This document shows positions 46,161-58,000 of a stretch of 64,000 nucleotides of DNA, piece by piece (the first letter of the stretch is position 1; each line of letters begins with the position of its first letter). The position numbers and the translations under genes are program-made. The stretch covers positions 124,001 to 188,000 of the forward strand of contig NW_020847410.1 in assembly GCF_003704095.1 (NCBI RefSeq), in the 5' to 3' direction. The notes beneath the pieces were generated by a model. It was not told the DNA's origin, made no database searches, and saw only the letters and a list, made by a program, of their open reading frames with translations. This DNA comes from Pocillopora damicornis. Taxonomy: Eukaryota.

Positions 46161-49100
46161 CTAAGCTCCTGAATGACGAGGGTTGAGCTGAGCTTTATAG
46201 ACAGAGGATCCATGGGAATCCAACATCTCTAGTGTAGTGCTATCCACCGCCATGTGCACCACAGCAAATCCTCCTGCCTTGCTGGAGTCAGCCCAGAAAA
46301 ACAACGAACTATCTTTGGGAACTTTGTTGCTGTGGCTGGTATTGTTGTCTATTTTTGCGCCAGCTCCAATTACAAAATAATTGACCGAGGAGTCCGCTTC
46401 TTTCAAGTGCTAAAGGCAATCGATAGAATTAAAGGTAAATCCAATGACATGAAAGAAACATAGAAAAATAATGAAGTTTATCACATGATGGCAGCATTTC
46501 GTCGGCTTGCGTTCTGATGTGGCAACTGAAAANNNNNNNNNNNNNNNNNNNNNNNNNNNNNNNNNNNNNNNNNNNNNNNNNNNNNNNNNNNNNNNNNNNN
46601 NNNNNNNNNNNNNNNNNNNNNNNNNNNNNNNNNNNNNNNNNNNNNNNNNNNNNNNNNNNNNNNNNNNNNNAAATAGTAAAAGTGATGGCGATGTCATTTT
46701 TAATGTTGAGAACAAAGAGGGCTGGGAGAGATGACAACATTAAGGAGAGAGGAGATATTATGGAGGAGAAACAAGGGCCGACTTCGTAAATTTTATTAGT
46801 TTACCATCGCAAAAACGCAGACAGGTGTAAGAATGATATGGCAAAGTTCGTTAAAACCTTAGTCGTGGTCAGTGATTCATATGCCTTATTTAGTGTTCTC
46901 CCGTCATCTCAAGTGTGTTCTGATTACAGCAAGCAAAGCAGTGTGGAATATAGGGAATAACTTAAGAGTGAATTGGTTAACCTAAGCAGAACTACTCGAG
47001 AGACCATCACAAAAGTTTATATTCAATTTTTAAAGAAATATGCCAATTACCTGTAGGTTATGATCATGTCCACTGATATAAGCAGTCACGTGATATTTCT
47101 CCAACAAAGGTCTTAGTCGATCAACTAAACATTGGGTTGGTCCGTGCTCAGCTATAGACCAGACTGGGAAGTGGCCTCCAACGATCAGATAATGTGCTGT
47201 GGACGAACGAAGGGTAGATTCCAACCAATCCCATTGTGCCTCGGCAACTTCAATAGATTCGGGCCCTGAAATTTATGGGCGAGAGAAATATTGAAAACGC
47301 AAAAGAAAGAAAATTTTCTTGAATACAACATTAGAAGCATAAATTGGTTGATCTGTTGTCAGGGCCAATCAGTCAGACATATTAACATTGAAATGATAAT
47401 GATCTGGAATAGCTTAACAATTTTATCCTTAATACCCCTCTCTAAGTCAATTGTTGTAGTTTGCTATTTGCGATTGTACAACATGGAATGGGGGAGCCGA
47501 GCGCAAATCCATTTCTAAGAGTGGATTCGTGTTTTTGTTTGTTGGTTTATTCTGTTTTCCTTGGTTACTCAAGCTGTTTGCCATTTTAGCGGAGATGTGT
47601 CGATGAGGACCCGCTGAGACACAGGTTAAGTCAAGAAAGCAACACCAGGAGATCGGGAGAGNNNNNNNNNNNNNNNNNNNNNNNNNNNNNNNNNNNNNNN
47701 NNNNNNNNNNNNNNNNNNNNNNNNNNNNNNNNNNNNNNNNNNNNNNNNNNNNNNNNNNNNNTCGACCCTACTTTCGAATCCAACCCCCTCAGGCGATGAA
47801 TAACTCCATTCTCGCAACTGTTTAGAGGAAATACTTTCCTGACAAAAACAATAACAACTGAAATGGCCTTTCCTTTCCTTTATATTTTGGGTATAGCCCA
47901 TGCATTGACACGAGAGCAAAAAAAAATTCGTAAAAACGTAGCAATTGAAGTTGATCAGGACATAATGAACTTGTCATTATGACCCTAAGGTTCAAGAAAA
48001 AATATTTGAATTTTACTCTGATGTCATTTTTTCATTGTTGTCCGAGGTCTCTTTATAAACGACTTTGGTATAAATTAAAATAAAATTTCGATTTCAAATT
48101 GGTTTCAGTACGCAGAATGGAAATTCTATAGATGTGTTATTGTTCATCGTGGTTTTATAGATAAATGAGCGTTTGTCTCATGATGTAAGATTCAGGCTAA
48201 TCAATCGTGTATTGATTGCGACGTTTCGACTACTATGCTGCTAGACTTTGTCAGGCGACGAGCTCGAAAATTTTCGTGTCGCGTTTCTAGCACATCGGTT
48301 TGATGTTATTAGTGAGTTACTAGCGTAACCTCAAAAGGTTACCTATGTGACTGAGCATACAATACGAACGCACACAGTGATCTCTATTCATTTTAGATGA
48401 TGGCGCTAATTTTGCTTGATGAGAGTAGCGGTTGAGGTTACGTGTGTGTGTATTAAACTAAACTAAGAAGAATGCGTTGCGAAACGTAAAGTTAACCTGA
48501 CTAAAAATGAAGCGATTGCACGGAAAACTGAATACCAGAACTACACCAATAATACATACAAAAGGTAAACAACGTAAATGCAAAAGAAATATAGACTGAC
48601 TAGTCTAGCTCCTAACGATTGCAAATAGCTTGTAGCGATTATCTGGCAACGACGATTTAGCAGCGATGATTTAGTAGCGATGATTGAAATAGAATCTTTA
48701 TACGTGTACTTAAATGGGAATTGATCGGAGATAACAAACTTGTTGGGTAATAATCATTAACTAACGAAAGACTTATTGATTAAAAACGAACCAGAACAAA
48801 AACGATAATAAAGTGTGTATTAACTAAGCGTTTCGAAACTAATAACTGGTGCATTTCGATCCTCATTATTCAAAAGTTTCTCTCCTCAGTTGGGGCGCTG
48901 AGAGTGGATGTAAATTCACTATTTTGCTGGATCTTCGCAGAATATTTTCTTTATACAAGCAAATTCTTGCTTTTGAAGAAATAAAATGCAGCTTTTGTGT
49001 GCTTCACAGTCATGGAATCCCATTATAACTCTTGAGAAAAAAGAATTTGAAAAAGCCTAGGTAGTGGAAAGGAGATATTTGAGTTTTAAAATCAAATGTC

Positions 49101-49755
49101 GTTTTCAAAGAATTCTCTATCGCGCAGAGGACAAATTTCTAAACTTTATTTTTCATTCCGAGTTAATCGGTCTGCTGTGATATTGCTGTCAGTTAATAAA
49201 AAATTATTATTTGGCCTACATTGCGTAATAGAGTCTGACATCATATCTCGTTTCGAATCAAGTTTAATTTAAAATAAGCAAGCGTAATCACAGCCTGTTG
49301 AAGACGATCATTTAGCAAATAGCTTTGCGATAGTATAGACAGAATAACGCAAAATGAAGCGAGACTCAATGCAGCTCTACGAGTTCTATTGCGAACTCGC
49401 CGCCGTTTAATAACCTTCTGAGCGCCCGGAACAAGCGACAAGCCAGTGAAAATATCATAGGCATAATCGTAATATCTTTCACCTAAACCTTAAAGACTTA
49501 AGTTTACAACACCCTTCAAAATTGATCTGGAAAGCAATGAATTTTTTTCTTACCAAGAGCGACGGTAAACTGTGTTCCCAGTTCCTGTGCGACTTTTCCC
49601 ATAGCAATGCTAACGGCTGTCTCATAAGGAGTAGTATACGGGAACAAAGGCATACCGCCCCAATCACCCACAACCAGAAATCTCAGTTCATCGCAGCGAA
49701 CGTAAGCTACGCTAGTAAGGAAGATCGCCAAGAGAATATGCTTGATCGCCATCAT
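46161..49755 (-). CDS. ACP5: Tartrate-resistant (purple) acid phosphatase type 5; visible exons 49554-49755, 47051-47265, 46161-46409; middle exons probably in gap 47662-47761
   Basis: Signal peptide then LRFLVVGDWGG.P..PYTT; YLIVGGHFPVWSIAEHGPTQCLV; TAYISGHDHNLQ; GAG, GGFA. The GDNFY and GNHD motifs are not visible. Confidence 0.88.
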
Positions 49756-50047
49756 GTTTTCGTGCGTTACCAATGAGATTATACCCGGGATTATGGTAAA
49801 GTAAACCAGCTCTACCAGCTGACCCTCACGTGATAGTGATGGCATGATGTTAAAACTTCCGGTGTCAAAGTACTTGTTCCGGCCTACCACCTCTGATAAT
49901 GGGTAGCCTGCAGTGCAGGCGTCTTATTAGTGCGGGCTAATGTTATAAGCTCGCGATCGTATATCAGACCGGCCATGTTTGATTTGGAGTTAAAGTGGAC
50001 GGCGGGGGTAGGGGGCGGGGGAAGGGCGAAAATACGCCTGCCCGAGG

Positions 50048-50145
50048 TAGCCTACGTGTAGCCGTACCCTTCCCCCTAGGGTGAAACGGAGGCGCTTCCG
50101 TTTCACCCCAGGGGTGGGGGGAAGGTACGGCTACACGTAAGGTTA
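50048..50145. mobile_element. TA-flanked palindromic MITE nested in a TAGCCTGC-type element starting at ~49903
   Basis: TAGCCTACGTGTAGCCGTACC...GGGTGAAACGGA-GGCGCT-TCCGTTTCACCC...GGTACGGCTACACGTAAGGTTA forms a near-perfect hairpin. Confidence 0.75.
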
Positions 50146-52045
50146 GCCCGAAGAGGCTATGTACAACCCCTGATTAGTTGCGCTTCACTGCATTTCGGGA
50201 AGTGAGCAGGTAATTTATCAAAATGAGTTAAATTAAAAAACCGGAAGTACTGTCTTCCGACAAAAACAAACACACGAGCTGATGAGTGAAACGGTGAGCC
50301 AGTTGCTTTATTAATCTCTTTCTCCTTCTCCTTCCGCGTGCTCTTCCCAGTTCTGTTTGCTGTCCTTGAATCTCTTTTCTCCTTTTTCTTTTTCTTGAAT
50401 TCATTTTCTCATGTCTTTCTGCATCTCTGTTATCCACATCACTATCACCGTCTCTTCTCGCTTTTACTCCCTTTTCTCCTTTTTCCACTTCACCACGCTC
50501 ACCACTTTTCATTTTTGTTCTTCTTCGTATTCTTTGTGCAAACGAATACTATTTAATTTCTCGCTTCATCCACTTTTTGTTTCTTTTATGCGCAGTTCAC
50601 GGATTGACCATGATCTGCGCATTAGACTCCGTGAATCTTTTCTTTTCGATGAGTGATAAGTTGGAAGCAAACGAATGAAGTCAAATAGACAAATTCGCTC
50701 TGAAAATCACTGAGATAATTACTGAAAAAGAAAATAAGTCATTAGCCTCAGTCATTGGAAAATATGACCGTGGAAATGTTAGATTATTTTGGAACTACTC
50801 TTTACAGCACACAGCTCGCCAGTCAGTGACTTTAAATTGACTCAGTGACCGCTCCTCTGCAATGACTGTTTTGTTGTAAAAATCCTCAAGCCGCCCTCCA
50901 GCGCGTCACGCCATGCCCTCTAGTGCGTCACGCAAAGCCTAGCGAAGTTTACCGCTTGCTTTGCTCTATCTTCGCCTTATGCTCAGAGCAACACACAGAT
51001 AGGCCTTGTAGTTTAGATTGTAAACGTTCTTGTGCTCCACCAAATAAGTTGATTGTTAATTAAAGGAATGACATAACATTTTAATGCGGTCAATAAATGA
51101 AATCTGCTTATGATATGAATCAGATATAAGATTTGCTCTCGTTTTATCCTCTCACTATATTTTTTTACCTGTATGTTCCATACTTCGTTGATGTACACAC
51201 ACTGTTTGTCTTTTGGTTTGTTTTTTAAGGTATGACACCTTACTCAACGAGTTTTTCTTTCCTTCACATTCTACGAATTATTCATGAAGTAATTTCAAGC
51301 TGCTTGTAATGCGAGAAAGGGCGGGCAAACTGTTGAACAAATTGTGTATAATTCAGCTTACTATAGAATATCGAATGGACTCCCTCCGAGGATAGGACGT
51401 GACAACATATTTACTCCAGTAGAAAGCCTCGTCTTAAAGAAAATTAAATGTCGAAAGAAATCCTACGGATTCATCGAGCCATTTAGCACAATCCTATTTA
51501 GTGGCGTAAAACCTTGACCAGAGTAATCAACACCAGCCAGTTACAGCAAAGGAATATATCACGAGGCGCCCATAAAACGCAAAGCAAAAACGAGCAAACT
51601 GTGTAACTCGGGAAAACGCGAGTGACCAGGTCGAGATTTGCTGTGTTCACGTCGCCTTATGTTCTGCAGTTATTATTTGGTAAAATATTGCATTTCATAT
51701 GCTTTCCCCTTTAAAATTCCCCCTGATTTTTGTCGGAACTACTCGGTTTTCTCTGATCTTTTCAGGTAAATTTGCATCAAGAAATTCCTATTTCTAAGAG
51801 CTCGATATCCAATCCACTGATCATGAATTTCCTCCAAAAACACCGAGGCGCTCGCCTCAGTCTTTGCTCGTTCAAGCACAATTTTCTCTCTAGGTGAAGT
51901 ACATAACACTCTCTCTGCAAAGTGTTGTTTTTCGATTACCATTTTATCGTGTTTCTGCTCGCAAATAATGTGATCATTGAAACTTAAACATTTGGTGCTG
52001 ATTTTATGTCCATTTAGAATGAGACATAACTGATAGACGCCCAGA

Positions 52046-55000
52046 ATGCCGTCTGAAGATGTTAGGAAAGACTTTATTGTCGCAACGACCGGCAACTATT
52101 TTGGTATCCAAAGTTCTGACAATGTTCTGGCTGAAGTTACTGCCTCGAAAGAGCTCAATGTTTTCCTGGATGATGGAAATTCGCCGGTTTTGGCTGCAAA
52201 ATACGACGTCCATCAAGGAAAGAAAACGATCAATTTGTTAAACCATGTCGAACCCAGTGACACTGCTGAGAAGGTATTAGTGTTCTTCAAGCTTCGTCCG
52301 GAGGCCATTACACCAGACAATGTCCACGAAAATGTTTTCGTCTCTTCGATGCTTTCCTCGCCGGTGAACACCTTGTATCATTCCGTGCAGAAATTATTTG
52401 CTCCTTTGCTGCTAAAGGATGAAAAATGGAGCCGAAATTTTGACCCGAAATTACAGAGTTTGTTGAGCGAACTCGAAGCTGGGCTAGGAAGTGTAGTACG
52501 TAAACAGGACAGCTCATCTTCGCGAGCAGCTAATGTGGGCGATGAAGAAAACCTCGGTGGTATTTTGACTCCTCAAGACGAGTTTCAATACTGGTCAGAC
52601 GCAGCAGTATCAGGCTATGATCTGTCTGAGAGGGAAAGAGCGTCTTTTTTCCAAGAAACTTTTCAGAAAGGTAAGCCGCCATCTTAAAAAAAAATGATTT
52701 GCTTATATTGTCGTCCATAGCAACTGATGCAGGTCGGACGCGATAATTTTCCCCGTTAACTGATACAAGAAGAGATGTCTCAGATTGAAACAGTAATTTT
52801 CCTTACGGCTTTACTGACAAGTGTTCATGATTTGTTTTCGTTATATAAATACAGTTAACTTATGTGTTACAAGGACAAGGTGAAATAAGCAACACCATTT
52901 TGAATGGTTTTCATAGGTTGCTATTTGGCTGAGTCACGCATATTTTCAAAGACATTTCCCTCACTCATCCGTCAATCCTCAAAATTTTTAAGAAAAGAAA
53001 CCTTTTATTTTTTCTTATTGTAATGGAGAAAGAAAACTCCTTTTTTCCATAATTAAGTTTAAAATGTGCTCTAGTGTGGAAATATATTTAAATGGTAAAT
53101 TGAGAAAAAAAAATGTCGATATACAGGGTTCTTGGTACAGTTCGAGATAGGCTAGTATTCCTGAAAGGTAACTATTGATAAGTGTCAACCCATTTGCTCC
53201 TGGGAGTCAGAACTGAGGAAAATTTTCTTTTTATATTAATGGCAACATCAATTTCAAGCAGAAAGGCATGAGAACAGAAAAAAATGGTTTGATGTAGCAC
53301 TCAGTTCCCAAACTAAAAGTATAAGAAATATATAGCAAACAGGGCACAAATTTCATATTTTGATCTTTGGATGGGAGTGAGGGAGATGAGTTTTAACATC
53401 AGTCATGTGATTTTCATTTTTGCTTTCTTCACATGACAAGTGTCAAATTTTACCAGAATCTGATGGCAAAGGAGATCAAAGAGACTTATACTAAAATTAT
53501 GACCAAACCTTTTATTGATATTACAGGAAATGTCTCTCAAGACTTTTCCAATCTTGATGCATTGGATCTTGATGAGACTCTAGAACTTCTGGAGTCTGCC
53601 CAAGATTCTCTAGATGAGATTTGGAAACAAGAAGACCATAAGCCTTACCCTGAGGCACGCATGAAACATCTCCTTGATGTTATGGCAGGGGCGTTGGGTC
53701 GTTATGTTCAACGTAAACTTGGAATGCTTGACATCTGGCATGACTCTTTCCAGCAAGTGAAAGATTCCATGCGCAAGGGGATTACAGTTTGTGAAAGGTG
53801 GGTGTCCACTTGCAGTGAGACACTCACATCGCAGTATTGGAAAAGGTTTCCTCCTCACCCATGGAGAGGTGAAAAATTTGTTCCTGAAAATTTGTTACAG
53901 CTTGCAGCAAGGCTAGAAGAGGTATCTGATTCAGTAAATACTTTGAAAAGATTTAATCTAATCCAACACTGAAATGTTAATAACATTCAGTTAACAAATT
54001 TTAGTTTTGAAGTACATAGTTTACCTAATTTTGCATATTTTTGTATTTTGACATTCCCTTAAAGACACCATTTTTTTCAAATCCTCTTGTCTATTTGTCT
54101 TTATTTTGTTTTCTCAAGGTTCTTACACTGAGAACAGTTCATGAACAGCTTGTCAGATTGCTGTCAACTTCAGAGAGGCAGCAGTTGCGAACATCAGAAG
54201 CCTTTCTTCCTTTCTCGGGACTAAATCCACTGCACCACAATCCCTACACAGAACCTCTGTGGAGGGCAGCTGTGGCACAGTACGAGAGGGGAATGGCTCC
54301 TGCTGAGCAGAAAATAGCTGGAAAGCTGCGACAGCAGCTCAGTAACTTGTCTGCAATGAAGTCACATCAGGTAAGTTTTATAGAATTTTGTCTTGTGTAC
54401 AGAAATGGAATCAGCCAACTGTTAATTACAAATCATGGAATATTTCTAATTAATCAGTAGTTGGATGTAAGGGATAGAAAAAGAAAATCATTCAGTATTT
54501 TGAAAGGTGCATATCCAGAAAATTTGTAGGTGCTGAACTCTAAAACTTAATTCTTAATTATTGTGTTTTAATTTTTTATCTGACACAGTATAATTTTTGT
54601 AGGTGTTTTTATTAATCACAACTTACTTTTTTCCTAGCTTTTGAGAGAATTTCAGAGATATCAAGAGCTTGTGAAGAGGCCAAGTATCCGGAAAGAATTG
54701 GCTCCTGAAAGGTGAGCTGGTTGGATAAGGTTACAGTACCGCTCAAATATATGTTAAGTGCACAGACCCATTTTCATATGCTTAGACGCAAGGTAGTGAG
54801 ACAGGCATATACAATTTTTATGCACCCATAGACAAAAAAAGTGTGCGACTTATGTACCCTTGTTATTAAATGCTACAAGTTTCCTTTGAGGTACATTGTT
54901 GTGTAAAACAAAGAACCTTTGGGTTTGGAAAATTGATAAGTTGACAACGGAAATATTTCATAATAAAAAGGCTGTTATGTTACACACAAACACGTCGCAT

Positions 55001-58000
55001 GGCTTTGCAAAGTCATTGAATTACAAGTGATAGCAGTAGATTTGCTGGATTATATTTATGAATAAATTAGGTCTACCTTACCTTGTACCTGTCTAAAAAT
55101 TCTTTTCTCCAGTCAAGTGCTAACAATTTTCCTATCCGTATCACCCAAATTTTAAAAACATCTGGGCCCAGTTGTTCAATCAGTGGATAACACTATCTAA
55201 TGGATAAAATCACTATCCAGCAGATAACTGTTAAGAAAATGTATTGCGCTATCCATTGGATAGTGCAATACATTTGAACAACTAGGGCCAGTGGCGACCA
55301 CCAGACATTACCAAAGGCAGCTGGAGAAACATTCAGATCATTTACAGTATATGAGCAAATGTGCACCTACACCACCCCCCCCCAACCTAAGAACAGTCAA
55401 CTGATAACAGGGTAGGGTTAATTTTGGGCTAGGGGAGGGGTAGGTGCAGGTTCTTTATGGTAAGAGTAGACTTGACCTGGGGAACAACAGATTGCTGGTT
55501 GAATGCTCTCATCTCTTGGCCAGGCTGCCTCCAAATATGTATATTTGATGTGTGCTTTTCTTTCTTTTTTTTTACATCTTGTTTTAGAGAAACACTTCTT
55601 GGTCAGTTGACAGTGTATGTGAAGGGCATTCGGGATGACTTCATTTCAAAGACTCAGAATTCTTACTCAGGTGGAAAGGATGGTGGTGGTCCCCCTCAGG
55701 GACGTAACATGCCTGAGATTGTCAATAACATTGTATGGGTCAGACAACTTGACTCTAAGGTGGGTAAACCAAGTCTTTGCCCCTGACGCACTTGTATGAT
55801 CAGTGTTGGCAGAAGTTAATAGGAAAATTGTCTTTATAAGTCTTAGCTCTGACAGTGGCTTTCAAATTAATGTTCTTATAGTACCATATGTACCTTGTGC
55901 CACATTGTCTCGCATGCATTTGTACATGTTCTCTGGAAGTATTGAGAAATGTGATGAATTATTCTGATGCAATTGTGATACAGCAGATCATGAGCCTTTA
56001 TTTACTATTATAAACTTTTTTGATACAAATGTAATCAACTTTTCTTGGTGTGTAGAACATGCTGTGTGGGAATATGAATGAAATAAGATTGGGATATTGC
56101 ATATTTACTGTACAGAATACAATTTTGTACTTTTGGGATGGCATTTTTTTTAGTGTACAGTAATGTAATTTTGTAATTTCAGGTGAAAGAAACACTGAGC
56201 ACTGCCGAGAGCCTATTGGGAGACTTGTCTGGGTTTAAAGGCTTTAAGAGAGAAGCAACCGAGCTGAGCGAGGAGTTAGGCTCATACTGCAAGGATCAGT
56301 TTGAGAGCTGGGTTAGTGAAATGATGACAGCTATTGATGATCCAAAACAACCTCTCAGGTAAACCAACAACGGTATTTCTCAAGGTTATTCTATGACACA
56401 GCATTGCAAATCCTTCCCTCGCAGAATATTCATTCAAAGAAAAATAGAAGCTCCTGTAGTAGTTCTAGAGGTCACCGGGGAATAAGATTGTCTGAGCCAT
56501 AATTCACTCCCCTATTTTGATTGGTATTATTGACTTGAAATAGATACGATGTTAAAAATACGATTTGGAGAAAGAAAATTGGAAAGCAGAAGTTGTACAT
56601 AAATGTTCGCGTGTACCGCGGCATTTAATACACGCTTGATGCGCGTCCAAAACCTACGCACTGCACGCGCGAATCGCGCGTACTGCGGGTCACGATATGC
56701 ATTTATGTGTAATAAAAAATGCCTGTATGTGGGAGTAAAATGCGGGTAGGTTACACGAATCAGTCAACTAGAACTTATTGAGGGCGCACATAATTCTTCA
56801 GTAGATTTTGGATCACCATGAGCAAGTCACTGCACTTTGTTGTGTTTCCGTCTTGCAGATTGAAAATGCGTTCTTCATCCGCCCTCGGTACTCAATACAT
56901 GCTTTCGATACACGTTTGCAGTCTCAATTCGCCTCGGTTTGGTTCTTCATAGATTGAAATTTATCTGTTACAACCCAGACCAAAAAAAAAATTTTGCTTT
57001 TGAAAGTACTCTGCTCGCTTGATTATTTATGTTCTGGATAGATTTTTGTCTAATCTTGTTCATACCTATTCTTTGTATATTTTTAACTCTTGCCAATAAC
57101 TGGTCGGTTGTTGGTTTTGTAAAACTGTATTTTAGCGAAGGGGAGTATGAGATGCCTGTAACACCATGAAGGTGCATTTTTCTTTACACCTATTGCAAGA
57201 TCAGGCATTCAGGTGCATGGTTCTTCAAATACATGCATTGACCACCATCAGAATACAAGAGGTTTTTGTTGTGCAAATGAGAGAACTTAGAACTGAACAA
57301 GTTCTTTTCCCTTGAAGCTTACAGACCAGTGGTCGATTGATGGATCTGGACCAGAGGGATGGGAAGTTGAGAGTTCATTATGGTGATAGGCTTGTGACAT
57401 TAATGCGAGAAGTTAGGCAGCTTTCTGCTCTGGGATTTGCTGTTCCAGCTAAAATACAACAAACAGCAAGCACAGCCAATAAATTCTACAGACATGGCAT
57501 GATCCTGAAACAGGTAAAGTGGCATCGTGCTGAAGACTTTAAACAAACTTGCGAGGAAGCCCTCATTACTATTAAGCGTTTTTCGACCCAGAAAAAGTAG
57601 GAGGCTTGCCAGGGGTCTAACAATGGCAATGGGTCCAGACCCTCACCCACACTTGTCTCAAACCTTCTTAAGGGGGGAGGGGTGGGAAACGCGCGTCTTG
57701 CAGCCGTAATGACGAGAGCCTGCTCGAACTGTAGGCTAAGCTTGGCCTAAAAAAGGGTGTTCTGCAAGAGACTTAAAAACTTCTGTAAAATTGTTTATTT
57801 CGTATCTAATTTCGTCAATAATCTTTAAGCTTGCCTTTTTTTAAAGCCTCTTGCTACCATATGATAAAGTTTTATTTACATGTAAGAGTTTCCCAGGCTC
57901 CCTTTTATGCGCTATTTTACCATCAGCATGCGGTTCACTTGTGGAAAAGCCTGTTATTCAAAGAGTCGGATGCGTTAAATAGTGTGGGAAATTAGAAAAA

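Larger units (their letters stand above)
11981..47761. other. Assembly gaps at 11981-12111, 21161-21260, 22812-22911, 25101-25725, 26706-26805, 46533-46670, 47662-47761
   Basis: N runs; four are exactly 100 N, probably placeholders for gaps of unknown size. Confidence 0.98.

Noticed and set aside
47266-49553. ACP5 as a pseudogene lacking the GDNFY/GNHD exons
   Set aside because: A 100-N gap lies in this interval and all visible exons are intact.
50228-50656. Basic/charged ORF and Phe-rich opposite-strand ORFs
   Set aside because: Purine/pyrimidine-skewed low-complexity DNA with no clear splice or homology support.
51295-51516. Stop-free ~74-codon plus-strand stretch (FQAACNARKGG...)
   Set aside because: No in-frame ATG, preceded by a stop, and no recognisable homology.
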